A stretch of 59,128 nucleotides of DNA, filler included. It is 6 parts of 6 records of this genome, joined end to end, with 100 filler letters (N's around TTAATTAATTAA, not from the genome) between each part and the next. Parts side by side here need not be neighbours in the genome. Positions count along the whole stretch, not along the records: positions 33,776 to 40,982 come from DRR723986_6933; positions 41,083 to 48,387 come from DRR723986_6943; 4 more parts are not named here. One strand, 5' to 3'. Below are positions 37,533 to 47,924 of the stretch, one piece after another. Position 1 is the stretch's first letter; the number at the start of each line of letters is the position of its first letter. Under the pieces are notes generated by a model, which was not told where the DNA came from, did not search any database, and saw nothing but the letters and a program-made list of their open reading frames with translations. The position numbers and the translations under genes are program-made.

Positions 37533-38858
37533 TTAGCAGAACAAATCATTGCTCAGCGCAAAGACCATGATCGACAAAACGATCACCAGCCCCACGCTCA
37601 TCAACACCTGCACCACTTTTTCCGATGGGCCCCGCCCCACAACCGCCTCGTAGGCATAAAACATCAAATGCCCGCCATCCAAAACCGGAATGGGAAACAG
37701 GTTAACCAAGCCGATCGCCGTAGACAAAAACGCCAGAAAGGCGATGAAATCCACCAGCCCAGACGAGGCCATTTTGCCAGAGGTTTTGGCAATCGTGATG
37801 GCGCCAGACATGTTGCAGCTGGAAATTTTTTGCGCCGCAATGTGATACAGCCCCGAAACCGACGAGGCCGCCACATCCCATGTGCGCGCAACCGCGCTGC
37901 TGAATGCCTCGACGGGCCCGGGCATTTCGGTGGCAGGCTCAAAAAACGACGACGACGACACCCCCAGCAACCAGCGCGTTTCAAAGCTCCGGTCTTCTTT
38001 CAAAATATCTTGCCGGCGCGGGCTGATATCCAGATCTATCACCGCACCGTCGCGCCATATTTGTAACGCCACCGGCTGGCCATTGCTGGCGGCAACGATC
38101 TGGATCAATTCATTAAAACGCCAGATCGGCTGGTCATTTGCGGCCATGATTACATCGCCCACACGCAGCCCCGCATCTTCGGCGGCCGAATTGAACTGCA
38201 CAAATCCAATGCGCGCGGTGCTTAGCATGGGGCCTTGCACCTGGATCACGCGCCCATCGCGTTCCACGGTATAAGGGATCAGCGCGTGCGGCACCTCGTC
38301 ATCCAGTAAGGTGGGCGCTTTTTCAAAGGGCACCCCATCCACCTCGATCAGCGTATCGCCCGGCTGCAAGGTGATGCCAGAAATCGGCGTGCCGTAAATC
38401 TGGGCGATGCGCGGCGGGTCGCTGGGGGTGCCGGTGGCCAGAGCCAAACCGGTGAGCACAATGATAGAAAACGCGAAATTAAACGCAGGCCCCGCGGCCA
38501 CAGTGGCCGCGCGCGCCCATAGCGGGGCGCCGGGCATGGTGGTGCGGCGCTGATCTGCGGGCAGCTGGGCCATGGCATCGGCATCAGGGGCGCTGGCGGC
38601 ATTGGCATCGCCGCGAAATTTCACATAGCCCCCCAAGGGCACAGCCGCAATTTGCCACACCGTTCCCCGCCGGTCGGTGCGCGAAAACAACACCGGCCCA
38701 AAGCCCAGGCTGAACACATCGGCATGAATGCCCGACCAGCGCCCCACGATGTAATGGCCGTATTCATGCACCCCAACGATCACCAGCAAGGCCAGCACGA
38801 AAGCGGCCAAAGTCCAGATCAAATTACCAAACTGCGGGATCAGCGACACAAAATCCAA
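37533..38858 (-). CDS. rseP: RIP metalloprotease RseP
   Basis: HEYGH, PLGGYVKF, AGPAFN, PDZ domains and NLFPIPVLDGGH. Confidence 0.96.
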   Translation of the reverse strand: MDFVSLIPQFGNLIWTLAAFVLALLVIVGVHEYGHYIVGRWSGIHADVFSLGFGPVLFSRTDRRGTVWQIAAVPLGGYVKFRGDANAASAPDADAMAQLPADQRRTTMPGAPLWARAATVAAGPAFNFAFSIIVLTGLALATGTPSDPPRIAQIYGTPISGITLQPGDTLIEVDGVPFEKAPTLLDDEVPHALIPYTVERDGRVIQVQGPMLSTARIGFVQFNSAAEDAGLRVGDVIMAANDQPIWRFNELIQIVAASNGQPVALQIWRDGAVIDLDISPRRQDILKEDRSFETRWLLGVSSSSFFEPATEMPGPVEAFSSAVARTWDVAASSVSGLYHIAAQKISSCNMSGAITIAKTSGKMASSGLVDFIAFLAFLSTAIGLVNLFPIPVLDGGHLMFYAYEAVVGRGPSEKVVQVLMSVGLVIVLSIMVFALSNDLFC

Positions 38859-38887
38859 CGGGTCTTCCTTTCACATGCAGGCCAAGA

Positions 38888-40060
38888 TCAGGCCCGCTGG
38901 GCAATCAACGCATCTACGGCCTTACGGGCCAGATGGTCAGCATGGGCCACGTTATCAAGGTCTATCGTGGCATTGGCCAATTCAGGATGGCCCACCAGCT
39001 GCCCCAACACCCGTTCGACCAGCGAAGCCATCTCTAAAAACCCGATGCGCCCGGCAATAAACCCATCCAGCGCACGCTCTTTGGCGCCGTTAAACACCGC
39101 GCCTGCCAGCCCACCTGCGGCCATCACCTCGCCCGCCAGCCGCAAGGCGGGGTAGCGGTTCAAATCGGGGGCGCGAAAGCTAAGCTGGCCAATGGCTGCC
39201 AGATCCAGCCGCGCCACAGGCAGGGGCTGGCGCTGGGGCCAGTGCAGCGCATAGCCGATGGCGTGGCGCATATCGGGCGGGCCGACATGCGCCATCAAGG
39301 CACCATCGAAAAACCCAACCAGCGCATGCACCATCGATTCAGGGTGCACCAGCACCTCGATCTGCTGCGGCGAAACGCCAAAAAACTCTTTTGTTTCAAT
39401 AATCTCAAGCGCCTTGTTAAACATCGATGCGCTATCGATCGTAATGCGCTGCCCCATGGTCCAATTGGGGTGCGACGAGGCCTGCGCCACGCTGACATGG
39501 GCCAATTCCTGCAGCGGCGTATCGCGAAAGGCGCCGCCAGATGCGGTGATGATGATCCGCTCGACCTGCGCCATATCTTCGCCCACCAGCGCCTGAAAAA
39601 TGGCGGAATGTTCGCTATCAACGGGCAAAACGTGTGCATTGTGCTGCTGCGCCGTGGCCATCAGCAAGGGCCCGGCAGTGACCAAAGATTCCTTATTGGC
39701 CAGGGCCAATGTGGCGCCCTGTTGCAGCGCGATCAGCCCCGGCGCCAGCCCGGCGGCACCGACGATGGCCGACATCACCCAATCAGCAGGCATGGCGGCC
39801 GCCTCGAGCAGCGCCGCGCGCCCGGCCATGGGCTGCACCGCGCTGCCCGCCAAGGCATCGCGCAGCGCATCCAGCTTGCCCGCATCGGCGGTCACAGCCA
39901 CCTTGGCCCCCAAGCGGCGGGCATCCGCGGCCAATTGCGCCACGTTTTGCCCCCCCGTCAGGGCGACAACCTGGTAGCGTTCGGGCGCACGGGCGATCAG
40001 ATCGATGGTATTTTGCCCGATCGAGCCTGTGGCCCCAAAGATCGACACACGCCGCGTCAT
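38888..40060 (-). CDS. dxr: 1-deoxy-D-xylulose-5-phosphate reductoisomerase
   Basis: GATGSIG, LANKESLV, PVDSEHSAIFQ, TASGG and HPNWTMG motifs. Confidence 0.98.
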   Translation of the reverse strand: MTRRVSIFGATGSIGQNTIDLIARAPERYQVVALTGGQNVAQLAADARRLGAKVAVTADAGKLDALRDALAGSAVQPMAGRAALLEAAAMPADWVMSAIVGAAGLAPGLIALQQGATLALANKESLVTAGPLLMATAQQHNAHVLPVDSEHSAIFQALVGEDMAQVERIIITASGGAFRDTPLQELAHVSVAQASSHPNWTMGQRITIDSASMFNKALEIIETKEFFGVSPQQIEVLVHPESMVHALVGFFDGALMAHVGPPDMRHAIGYALHWPQRQPLPVARLDLAAIGQLSFRAPDLNRYPALRLAGEVMAAGGLAGAVFNGAKERALDGFIAGRIGFLEMASLVERVLGQLVGHPELANATIDLDNVAHADHLARKAVDALIAQRA

Positions 40061-40857
40061 AGCCAAAAGCCCAGCACCAACACCACCACCGAGGCGCTGA
40101 TCAGCGCATCGAAGCGATCCAGAAAACCGCCATGACCGGGGATCAGCGAAGAGCTGTCTTTGACGCCCGCGCGGCGTTTGATGGCGCTTTCGGCAATATC
40201 GCCCAGCTGCGCGGCCACCGCCACCACAACCGACAAACCAACCAGCGCGGGCAGGCCCAGGCGGGCGCCAAATTCATCTTGGAAAAGCGGGGCATAAGCA
40301 TAGCCCACCAGCCCTGCCCCCAGCCAGCCCGCAACCGTGCCAGACCATGTTTTCTTTGGGCTAAAGCGCGGCCAAAACTTTGGCCCGCCAATCAAGCGGC
40401 CGGCAAAATAGCCCGCCACATCCGAGGCAATCACCACGCTGACCAGCCACAACAGCACCCAAAGGCCCAGGCTGTCGCGTATCCAGATCAGGCTAAAGCC
40501 GCTCAACAGCACCAGGCTGGCATAGGTCAGCCAGGTTTTACGCCCGTTCCCACGCCCCAGCACCAGCCAGCCCATACCCACGATGGCCGCGATCACAGGC
40601 AGCAAAAACGCCACCGGCAAATACGACAGGCCCAAGGTGCCAAAGCCCCCCATCAGCCCCAAGCCCCAGGCGGTGCCGGCGTTTTGGCGGCTCAGCATTC
40701 GGCCCAGTTCCCACAGCATGATGCCGATCACCAGCGCGACGAAGAAATGAAACCAATGCCCGCCCAACCACAGCTCGACCCCGCCGATGGCCACCATGGC
40801 AACGGCCGACAGCAGGCGCACGCGCAGATCTGCCCATTTCGAGGCGCCGGCGCTCAT
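40057..40857 (-). CDS. cdsA: Phosphatidate cytidylyltransferase
   Basis: SPKKTWSG and [32 protein letters not shown] motifs. Confidence 0.96.
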   Translation of the reverse strand: MSAGASKWADLRVRLLSAVAMVAIGGVELWLGGHWFHFFVALVIGIMLWELGRMLSRQNAGTAWGLGLMGGFGTLGLSYLPVAFLLPVIAAIVGMGWLVLGRGNGRKTWLTYASLVLLSGFSLIWIRDSLGLWVLLWLVSVVIASDVAGYFAGRLIGGPKFWPRFSPKKTWSGTVAGWLGAGLVGYAYAPLFQDEFGARLGLPALVGLSVVVAVAAQLGDIAESAIKRRAGVKDSSSLIPGHGGFLDRFDALISASVVVLVLGFWL

Positions 40858-40982
40858 GCGGGCACAGCCCCGAAACGGCGCTCGCGCTGGCCATAGCGCG
40901 CCACAAGCCGGCCAAATTCGGCCGCCGAAAAATCGGGCCAAAGCGTATCGATGAATTCATATTCGGCATAGGCCGATTGCCA
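40854..40982 (-). CDS. uppS: Undecaprenyl diphosphate synthase, C-terminal fragment
   Basis: Hand translation [46 protein letters not shown] overlap with cdsA. Confidence 0.92.
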   Translation of the reverse strand, partial: WQSAYAEYEFIDTLWPDFSAAEFGRLVARYGQRERRFGAVPA

Positions 40983-41082
40983 NNNNNNNNNNNNNNNNNN
41001 NNNNNNNNNNNNNNNNNNNNNNNNNNTTAATTAATTAANNNNNNNNNNNNNNNNNNNNNNNNNNNNNNNNNNNNNNNNNNNN
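40983..41082. other. Artificial contig spacer
   Basis: N44-TTAATTAATTAA-N44. Confidence 0.98.
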
Positions 41083-41083
41083 G

Positions 41084-41182
41084 CATTTCATGACCATCGT
41101 CGCCGCCTGGGTGGTTACGGTGCCTGCTGCGGCGGTGCTGTCGGCGGTGCTGTTTTTTGCCCTGAATGCGATGTTTGGTTAA
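41084..41182 (+). CDS. Inorganic phosphate transporter (PiT), C-terminal fragment
   Basis: Hand translation HFMTIVAAWVVTVPAAAVLSAVLFFALNAMFG*, a typical PiT terminal helix. Confidence 0.75.
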   Translation, partial: HFMTIVAAWVVTVPAAAVLSAVLFFALNAMFG

Positions 41183-42330
41183 ACGCGCCCGGGCATGGGG
41201 GTGGCCATTTTGTTATACGCGGCCCAGTCGCTGATATCGGGGTAATATTGCGCGCGCCACTGGCGCACCCTTGGGTTCATCCATTTCCGCCATAGCGGCG
41301 GTATCATCGCCACCACTGTCATCACGGGGTAGCCGAATGGCAGTTGTGGTGCCTCTTTCGCGGTATAGTTTTGCAGCAGGGGAAAGCGGCGCTCGGGCTT
41401 ATAGTGGTGATCTGAATGGCGCTGCAGGTTGATCAGCAACCAGTTCGATGCCTTTTGCGCTGCGTTCCAGCTGTGATGGGGGCGCACATGCTCGTATTTG
41501 CCATCGCCCAAATGTTTGCGCGTCAGCCCATAGTGTTCGACGTAATTCACCAGCTCTAGCTGCCACACGGCAACGCTGGCCTGTAGCGCAAACAGCCCCA
41601 CCCCCGACCAGCCGCCCAAGGCCCAGGCAAGCCACAGCATGGCCGCCTGCAGGCCCCAGTAGCGCCAAAACGGGTTGCGCGGCGATGTCCAATGCAGCCC
41701 GCGCCGCGCCAGTAGCTGGCGCTCGGCCAGAAAAGCCGAGCGTAAACACCCCCACAGCACCCTTGGATAAAAGCGATAAAAGCTTTCGTTAAAGCGCGCT
41801 GTCACCGGGTCGCGCGGGGTGCCGACATAAAGGTGATGCACGCGCAAATGTTCTGATCTGAAATGCGAATACAGCACCATGGCAAGCAAAATATCGGCCA
41901 GCCAGCGTTCCAGCGCGCTTTTTTGGTGCATCAATTCGTGGCTGTAATTGATGCCAATCGTGCCGGTTAGTGCGCCCATCCCCATAAAAACGCCTATGCG
42001 TTCGGCCGTGCCCAGATGCTCGGCCCGCGGCACATACCAAAGCAGCGCAAACAAGGTGGCAAATTGCACGATAGGCCAGACCACAACAATCGCCTTGTGC
42101 CAAAACAGCTGTGCGCCATCGGCATCTGGGTCTGCATTGCCCAAATTCACGCCTAACACACGATCGAGCACGGAAAACCCATACCACATGGCGATGGGCA
42201 GCAAAAACACCGTCCAGCCGCCCCAATAGGCCGCCACCCAGACCAGCGGTGCCAAAAGAAAAGACATGGCAAAAGGTGCGGCCCCAAGCGCCCCCAATGC
42301 GGTTTTGCTGTGAGTTTCAGGTGTTGCCAT
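41179..42330 (-). CDS. alkB: Alkane 1-monooxygenase (membrane di-iron)
   Basis: His boxes HELMH, EHLRVHH, NYVEHYG and LQRHSDHH. Confidence 0.94.
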   Translation of the reverse strand: MATPETHSKTALGALGAAPFAMSFLLAPLVWVAAYWGGWTVFLLPIAMWYGFSVLDRVLGVNLGNADPDADGAQLFWHKAIVVVWPIVQFATLFALLWYVPRAEHLGTAERIGVFMGMGALTGTIGINYSHELMHQKSALERWLADILLAMVLYSHFRSEHLRVHHLYVGTPRDPVTARFNESFYRFYPRVLWGCLRSAFLAERQLLARRGLHWTSPRNPFWRYWGLQAAMLWLAWALGGWSGVGLFALQASVAVWQLELVNYVEHYGLTRKHLGDGKYEHVRPHHSWNAAQKASNWLLINLQRHSDHHYKPERRFPLLQNYTAKEAPQLPFGYPVMTVVAMIPPLWRKWMNPRVRQWRAQYYPDISDWAAYNKMATPMPGRV

Positions 42331-43411
42331 GGCTGTGGCCTAATTCTGGCGCCGCCAAAAATGCCGGTTTTGCAATCTCGAAAACTTTGCGCATCACGGT
42401 TGGCAGATCGGACGGGCGAAACTGGTTGTGCGTAACGAATTGCCCTGTGCCGGGGGCTGCGTCAAGGGGCAGTGGCGCCACCCAGACAATTAGGCGCAGG
42501 TGAAAATGGGTAAATGTGTGCAAAGCCGCATCTGGCATTTGCACCCAAGCCCCGGGCAAGGGGGCCGCGGGCTGTGGCATTTCGCCTTCGGCCCAGGGGC
42601 TGCCGGGCCAGCCCAGCATGCCGCCCAGCAAGCCGCTTTCGGCACGCCGTTCCAGCAGCCAGGCGCCATCGGCCCGCTGGCCCACATAGGCATGCCCCAG
42701 GCGGGTGGGCTTTGGTTTTTTCGGGGTTTTCTTGGGCAGCTCAGGCGCTGTGCCGCGCCGGCGTGCCAGGCAGGCGCCCTGCCAGGGGCATAAGGCGCAG
42801 GCGGGTTTGCGCGGTGTGCAGATGGTTGCGCCCAAATCCATCACCGCTTGGGCGTAATCGCCGGGGCGGTTTTTGGGGGTAAGGGCTGCGGCGTGGCCTG
42901 TTAGTTCGCCCTTGGCTGCGGGCAGGGGGGTGTGCACATCGTATAGCCGCGCCATCACGCGTTCGACATTGCCATCCACCACGGTTTCGGGCTGATCAAA
43001 GGCGATGGCGGAAATGGCCGCTGCGGTGTAGGGGCCGATACCGGGCAGCGCCAATAGCCCCTGATAGGTGTTTGGAAATTGTCCCTGATATTGGCTGGCC
43101 ACCACCCGCGCGCATTTCAACAGGTTGCGCGCCCGCGCGTAATAGCCCAGCCCCGCCCATTCGGCCATGACATCGCCATCATCAGCTGCGGCCAAAGCGG
43201 CCACATCTGGCCAGCGGGTGGTGAAGCGATTGAAATAATCGGTTACGGCCGCCACGGTGGTTTGCTGCAGCATCACCTCGGATAGCCACACGCGGTAGGG
43301 GTCGGCGCGGCCCTTGCCGCCCTTGGCCGGGGGGGGCACACGCCATGGCATGGTGCGCGCGTTTTGATCGTACCACGCCAATAGATCGGCGGCAGCTGGG
43401 GCGTCACGCAA
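42317..43411 (-). CDS. mutY: A/G-specific adenine glycosylase MutY
   Basis: WLSEVMLQQT, WAGLGYYARARN, LPGIGPYTA, VDGNV and CTPRKPACALCP..C Fe-S loop. Confidence 0.97.
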   Translation of the reverse strand: MRDAPAAADLLAWYDQNARTMPWRVPPPAKGGKGRADPYRVWLSEVMLQQTTVAAVTDYFNRFTTRWPDVAALAAADDGDVMAEWAGLGYYARARNLLKCARVVASQYQGQFPNTYQGLLALPGIGPYTAAAISAIAFDQPETVVDGNVERVMARLYDVHTPLPAAKGELTGHAAALTPKNRPGDYAQAVMDLGATICTPRKPACALCPWQGACLARRRGTAPELPKKTPKKPKPTRLGHAYVGQRADGAWLLERRAESGLLGGMLGWPGSPWAEGEMPQPAAPLPGAWVQMPDAALHTFTHFHLRLIVWVAPLPLDAAPGTGQFVTHNQFRPSDLPTVMRKVFEIAKPAFLAAPELGHSHGNT

Positions 43412-43492
43412 TGTTTATCTTCCTTTCCAGCGGGTTTTACTGGCATGCCCCGCTTGGTGCTTTAAAATAGCGTAGATCGCAAGGAAGCAACC

Positions 43493-44005
43493 ATGGCAGC
43501 ACAGCCCGGCCGCAAAGGTGGGTTCACCCGCACATCCGCCTTGTTGGGGCGGCAGATTCGCCAAGTCAGCGAGGGGCGCGGCTTTGCCGTAACCCGGCTT
43601 TTAACCCATTGGCACGAGGTTGTTGGCCCCGATATTGCCCGCATCGCCCGCCCGGTCGATGTGAAATATGGCCGCCAGGGGATGGGGGCTACGCTGACAA
43701 TTTTGTGCACCGGCGCGCAGGCCCCGATGCTGGAGATGCAAAAAGAGCAGCTGCGCGCGCAGGTGAATGCGGTTTATGGCTATAACGCGATTGCGCGCAT
43801 TCGCATCACCCAAACCGCGCCACATGGCTTTGCCGAAGGGCAGGCGCAATTTGCCCCCGCCCCAAAGGCCCAACCCAAGCCACAGCCCAGCGCAACCCTG
43901 CGCGCCGAAGCAGGGCAGGTGGCCCGCGCTGTGCAAAATGATGAATTGCGCCTTGCCATTGAAGCTTTGGCCTGCAACGTTTTATCAAAGAACAGAAAAA
44001 TTTAG
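43493..44005 (+). CDS. DUF721 / DciA family protein
   Basis: LLTHWHEVVG..IA and VNAVYGYNAIARIRITQ motifs; conserved mutY-DUF721-dsbA layout. Confidence 0.85.
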   Translation: MAAQPGRKGGFTRTSALLGRQIRQVSEGRGFAVTRLLTHWHEVVGPDIARIARPVDVKYGRQGMGATLTILCTGAQAPMLEMQKEQLRAQVNAVYGYNAIARIRITQTAPHGFAEGQAQFAPAPKAQPKPQPSATLRAEAGQVARAVQNDELRLAIEALACNVLSKNRKI

Positions 44006-44015
44006 GAACAAGACC

Positions 44016-44681
44016 ATGAAACGCAGAAGCGTAATTTTCGGGGCTGCGGCCCTTGTGCTGGCCTCGGCGGCAGGGTTTTTCACCTATGGTAACAGCAGCA
44101 GCAAACTGCCGCCCATGGGGATGCTGAATGCCCAAAGCGCCAGCGATATCGATACCTCGCAGGTGTTGGAAATGTCGATGGGCGCGCCCGATGCGCCGGT
44201 GACGGTGGTGGAATACGCCAGCTTTACCTGCCCCCATTGCGCCAGCTTTCACGTCGGCCCCGGCGCCAAATTGAAGACCGAATATGTTGATACGGGCAAG
44301 GTGCGCTTTGTCTATCGCGATGTCTATTTCGATCGCTACGGCCTGTGGGCCTCGATGGTGGCGCGCTGTGATCCCAACCGCTTTTTTGGCATCACCGACA
44401 TGCTGTATCGCCAGCAAAAAGACTGGGTAGCCGGGGGCGAGCCTGCAAAAATTGCGGAAAACCTGCGCAAAATCGGGCTGGCAGCGGGGCTGGAAGAGGC
44501 GCAGCTGGATGCGTGTTTCACCGATGCAGAAAAAGCCCAAACGCTGGTTGCATGGTATCAGCAAAACGCCGAGGCCGATGCCATTGAAGGCACACCAACA
44601 TTGCTGATCGATGGTGAAAAATATTCAAATATGGCCTGGGACGAGCTGAAAGCCATCATCGACAAGCGTCTGGAAAACTGA
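44016..44681 (+). CDS. DsbA family thiol-disulfide oxidoreductase
   Basis: GAPDAPVTVVEYASFTCPHCASF and GTPT motifs. Confidence 0.93.
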   Translation: MKRRSVIFGAAALVLASAAGFFTYGNSSSKLPPMGMLNAQSASDIDTSQVLEMSMGAPDAPVTVVEYASFTCPHCASFHVGPGAKLKTEYVDTGKVRFVYRDVYFDRYGLWASMVARCDPNRFFGITDMLYRQQKDWVAGGEPAKIAENLRKIGLAAGLEEAQLDACFTDAEKAQTLVAWYQQNAEADAIEGTPTLLIDGEKYSNMAWDELKAIIDKRLEN

Positions 44682-45796
44682 TGTCTGCACCGCTGGCTGG
44701 GCTGAAAGTTATCGAACTGGCGCGCATTCTGGCAGGCCCTTGGGCTGGGCAAACGCTGGCCGATTTGGGCGCCGAGGTGATCAAGGTGGAAGCCCCCCAA
44801 GGCGATGACACGCGCCAATGGGGCCCCCCTTTTATCACCCGCGACACTGATAAAACCGCCGCTTATTTCCATTCCTGCAACCGCGGCAAGAAATCGGTCA
44901 CGATCGATTTTCGCACCTCCGAGGGGCAGGAGCGCGTGCGCGAACTGGTGCGCGATGCCGATATCTTGATTGAAAATTTCAAGGTGGGCGGGCTGGAAAA
45001 ATACGGGCTGGATTATGCCAGCCTTTCGGCTTTGAACCCGGGGCTGATCTATTGCTCGATCACGGGTTTTGGCCAAACCGGGCCTTACGCGCATCGCGCG
45101 GGCTATGATTATATTATTCAGGGCATGTCGGGGTTCATGTCGATCACCGGCGATCCCGATGGCCAGCCCCAACGCGCAGGCGTGGCGATTACGGATTTGT
45201 TTACAGGGCTTTATTCGGTCTCGGGCATTTTGGCCGCGTTGCACCAGCGCCAAAGCACGGGCCGGGGGCAGCATGTGGATATGGCGCTGCTGGATTGTGC
45301 GGTATCGGCCATGGCCAATCAGGCGATGAACTATCTGGCCACGGGCACGCCCCCGGGGCGCACGGGCAATTATCACCCCAATCTGACGCCCTATCAGGTG
45401 TTTGATTGCGCCGATGGGCATATCATCATTGCCACCGGAAATGATGGCCAATACCAGCGCCTGTGCGATTTGCTGGGGTTGGGGTGGATGGCCGAAGACC
45501 CGAAGTTTTTGAAAAACGCCGATCGGGTGCAAAACCGCCCCGAGATGATCGATTTGCTGATGCAAGTCACCCGCACATGGACCAAGGCGCAATTGCTAGA
45601 GGGCTGCGAGGCCAAGGGCATTCCCGCAGGCCCCATCAACACCATGGCCGAGGTGTTTGAAGACCCGCAGGTAAAGGCCCGCGGCATGCAGGTGACGCTT
45701 GATGGTGTGCCGGGTGTGCGCGCACCGTTTGTGTTTTCCGATGCGCAATTGGCGCTGTCGCGCCCCTCGCCGAAATTGGGCGAAGATAACGGCTAG
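44681..45796 (+). CDS. CaiB/BaiF family III CoA-transferase
   Basis: LAGPWAGQTLADLGAEVIKVE, NRGKKS, ENFK and GYD motifs. Confidence 0.95.
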   Translation: MSAPLAGLKVIELARILAGPWAGQTLADLGAEVIKVEAPQGDDTRQWGPPFITRDTDKTAAYFHSCNRGKKSVTIDFRTSEGQERVRELVRDADILIENFKVGGLEKYGLDYASLSALNPGLIYCSITGFGQTGPYAHRAGYDYIIQGMSGFMSITGDPDGQPQRAGVAITDLFTGLYSVSGILAALHQRQSTGRGQHVDMALLDCAVSAMANQAMNYLATGTPPGRTGNYHPNLTPYQVFDCADGHIIIATGNDGQYQRLCDLLGLGWMAEDPKFLKNADRVQNRPEMIDLLMQVTRTWTKAQLLEGCEAKGIPAGPINTMAEVFEDPQVKARGMQVTLDGVPGVRAPFVFSDAQLALSRPSPKLGEDNG

Positions 45797-45801
45797 GGCC
45801 G

Positions 45802-46383
45802 TTATCCGCGGGGCAGCTGCGCCTCGATGGCTTGGGTAATTTTGGCAGACATGGGTTTGGCGTTTGAATGCCATGTCTGCACCACCTGGCCATCGGCGCC
45901 AATCAACACCTTGTTAAAGTTCCAGCGCGGGGCAAAATTGGTGGTGTCAAACACCCATTTGTAAAAAGGGTGCGCATCGGGGCCGCGCACATGGGTGATT
46001 GTGGTCATGGGCAGGGTCAGGCCAAAATTCACCTCGCAAAATTCGGCCACTTTTTCATCGCTGGCCAATTCCTGGCGAAAATCATTCGAAGGCACCGCCA
46101 ACACCAGCAGTCCCTTTGGGCCATAGGCCTCGTGCAACTGCTGCAACCCCTCGTATTGCGGGGTATAGCCACAGCGCGAGGCCGTGTTCACCACCAAAAC
46201 CGGCTTGCCGCGCCAATCGGCCAGATCGATTGTGCCACCATCGATCGAGGCAAAGGTAAATGGCCCGGTGGCCCGGCCCATCGTGGCAAAGACAATCACC
46301 GCCGCCGCCACCAAAAGAAGCAGGTTCAGACGGGCAAATTTTTGCTGCAAGTGATCCAGCATCGCATGCTCCAACAAATACAC
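45802..46383 (-). CDS. Glutathione peroxidase (Cys type); start uncertain
   Basis: VVNTASRCGYTPQY, VPSNDFRQE and WNFNKVLI motifs; hydrophobic N-terminal segment. Confidence 0.9.
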   Translation of the reverse strand: MYLLEHAMLDHLQQKFARLNLLLLVAAAVIVFATMGRATGPFTFASIDGGTIDLADWRGKPVLVVNTASRCGYTPQYEGLQQLHEAYGPKGLLVLAVPSNDFRQELASDEKVAEFCEVNFGLTLPMTTITHVRGPDAHPFYKWVFDTTNFAPRWNFNKVLIGADGQVVQTWHSNAKPMSAKITQAIEAQLPRG

Positions 46384-46491
46384 CGGGTGTTCACCTAGGG
46401 CAGGGGGCGGCTATTTCCAGTCTGCCCTTGTGATCGCGCCAAAGATCGGCAAACCTTTGCCCAAAGGGGCGCCCTGCGCGCAAGGGAGGAC

Positions 46492-47901
46492 ATGACGATG
46501 ATCACAGAATTGGCCGCAATTGTGGGCGCTGCGAATGTAATGACGGGCGATGACAGGGCGCGTTGGGCAAAGGATTGGACGGGGTATTTCCCCTCGGATC
46601 CCATCGCTGTGGTGCGCCCCGCCAGCACCGCTGAGGTGGCAGCCATTTTGAAATTTGCCAATGAAAACGGGGCAACGGTGGTGCCGGTCAGCGGCAACAC
46701 TGGGCTGGCGGGGGGCGCGCAGGCCAATGGCGCCATCGCCTTGTCTTTGGATCGCATGAACAAGATTCGCGACATCCGCCCCGATGCCCGCATCGCCATT
46801 GTCGAGGCGGGGGTGATCTTGGCTGATTTGCACGCAGCCGTGGCCGAACAAGGCATGAGCTTTCCGCTGACATTTGGCGCCAAAGGCTCGGCCATGATCG
46901 GGGGGGCCTTATCGACCAATGCAGGCGGCTCGAATGTGCTGCGCTATGGCAATACGCGCGATCTGTGTTTGGGGGTCGAGGTGGTGTTGCCCACCGGCGA
47001 GGTGATGGATTTGATGAGCGAATTGCACAAAGACAATTCCGGCTACAACCTGCGCCATCTGGTCATTGGCGCCGAGGGCACATTGGGCGTGATCACCGGC
47101 GCAGTGCTAAAGCTGCACCCGTTGCCCGGCGCCTATGCCACGGCCATGGTGGCGGTGCCCAGCCTTGATCAGGCCTTGGTGTTGCTCAACCGCCTGCAGG
47201 CGGCCACGGGGGGGGCGGTTGAGGCGTTTGAATTCATGCCGCGCACCTATATCGAGGCGCATCTGCAAACCATTGTCGGTGCGCGCCCGCCATTTGCCGA
47301 AAGCCACGAGGTGAATATCATGGTCGAGGTGGCCGCCACCGCCCCGCGCGATACCACGCCTGCCGCCGATGGCACGGTGCCGCTGTCTGCGCATCTCGAA
47401 GAAACCCTGGCGCAGATGTTTGAAGAGGGGCTGCTGCTGGATGCGGTGGTGGCCCAAAACGAGGCGCAGCGCAAAGAAATGTGGGAACGCCGCGAGGCCG
47501 CCGCCGAGGTGATTTTGGGTGTGGGGCGCCCGCTGTCTAACAACGATATTGCTGTGCCCGTCGATAAAGTGGGCGAATTCATGGACCGGATGCAGGCGCG
47601 TTTGGCCCAGATCGATCCGCAGGCGGTGCCGGTTGTGGTGGCCCATCTGGGCGATGGCAATATCCATTATGCGGTGTGGCTGGGCGCCGAAGATGCGGCG
47701 CTGAAAGACCAGGTTACAGAGGCGGTCGAAGACGAGGTGTTGCGCCTGCGTGGGTCGTTCTCGGCCGAACATGGGATTGGGCAGTGGAAACTGCCCTCGA
47801 TGGCGCGGCGCAAGGATAAGGTTGCGCTGGCGGCAATGCGGGCTATCCGCCAGGCGCTAGATCCAAATGGGGTGCTTAACCCCGGAAAATTGCTGCCCTA
47901 A
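46492..47901 (+). CDS. FAD-binding oxidoreductase (D-2-hydroxyacid dehydrogenase, GlcD-like)
   Basis: GNTGLAGG, IGGALSTNAGG, IGAEGTLG, HLGDGNIH, SAEHGIG and LNPGK motifs. Confidence 0.93.
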   Translation: MTMITELAAIVGAANVMTGDDRARWAKDWTGYFPSDPIAVVRPASTAEVAAILKFANENGATVVPVSGNTGLAGGAQANGAIALSLDRMNKIRDIRPDARIAIVEAGVILADLHAAVAEQGMSFPLTFGAKGSAMIGGALSTNAGGSNVLRYGNTRDLCLGVEVVLPTGEVMDLMSELHKDNSGYNLRHLVIGAEGTLGVITGAVLKLHPLPGAYATAMVAVPSLDQALVLLNRLQAATGGAVEAFEFMPRTYIEAHLQTIVGARPPFAESHEVNIMVEVAATAPRDTTPAADGTVPLSAHLEETLAQMFEEGLLLDAVVAQNEAQRKEMWERREAAAEVILGVGRPLSNNDIAVPVDKVGEFMDRMQARLAQIDPQAVPVVVAHLGDGNIHYAVWLGAEDAALKDQVTEAVEDEVLRLRGSFSAEHGIGQWKLPSMARRKDKVALAAMRAIRQALDPNGVLNPGKLLP

Positions 47902-47924
47902 GCCAGGCCGCAGGGGCCACGCCC

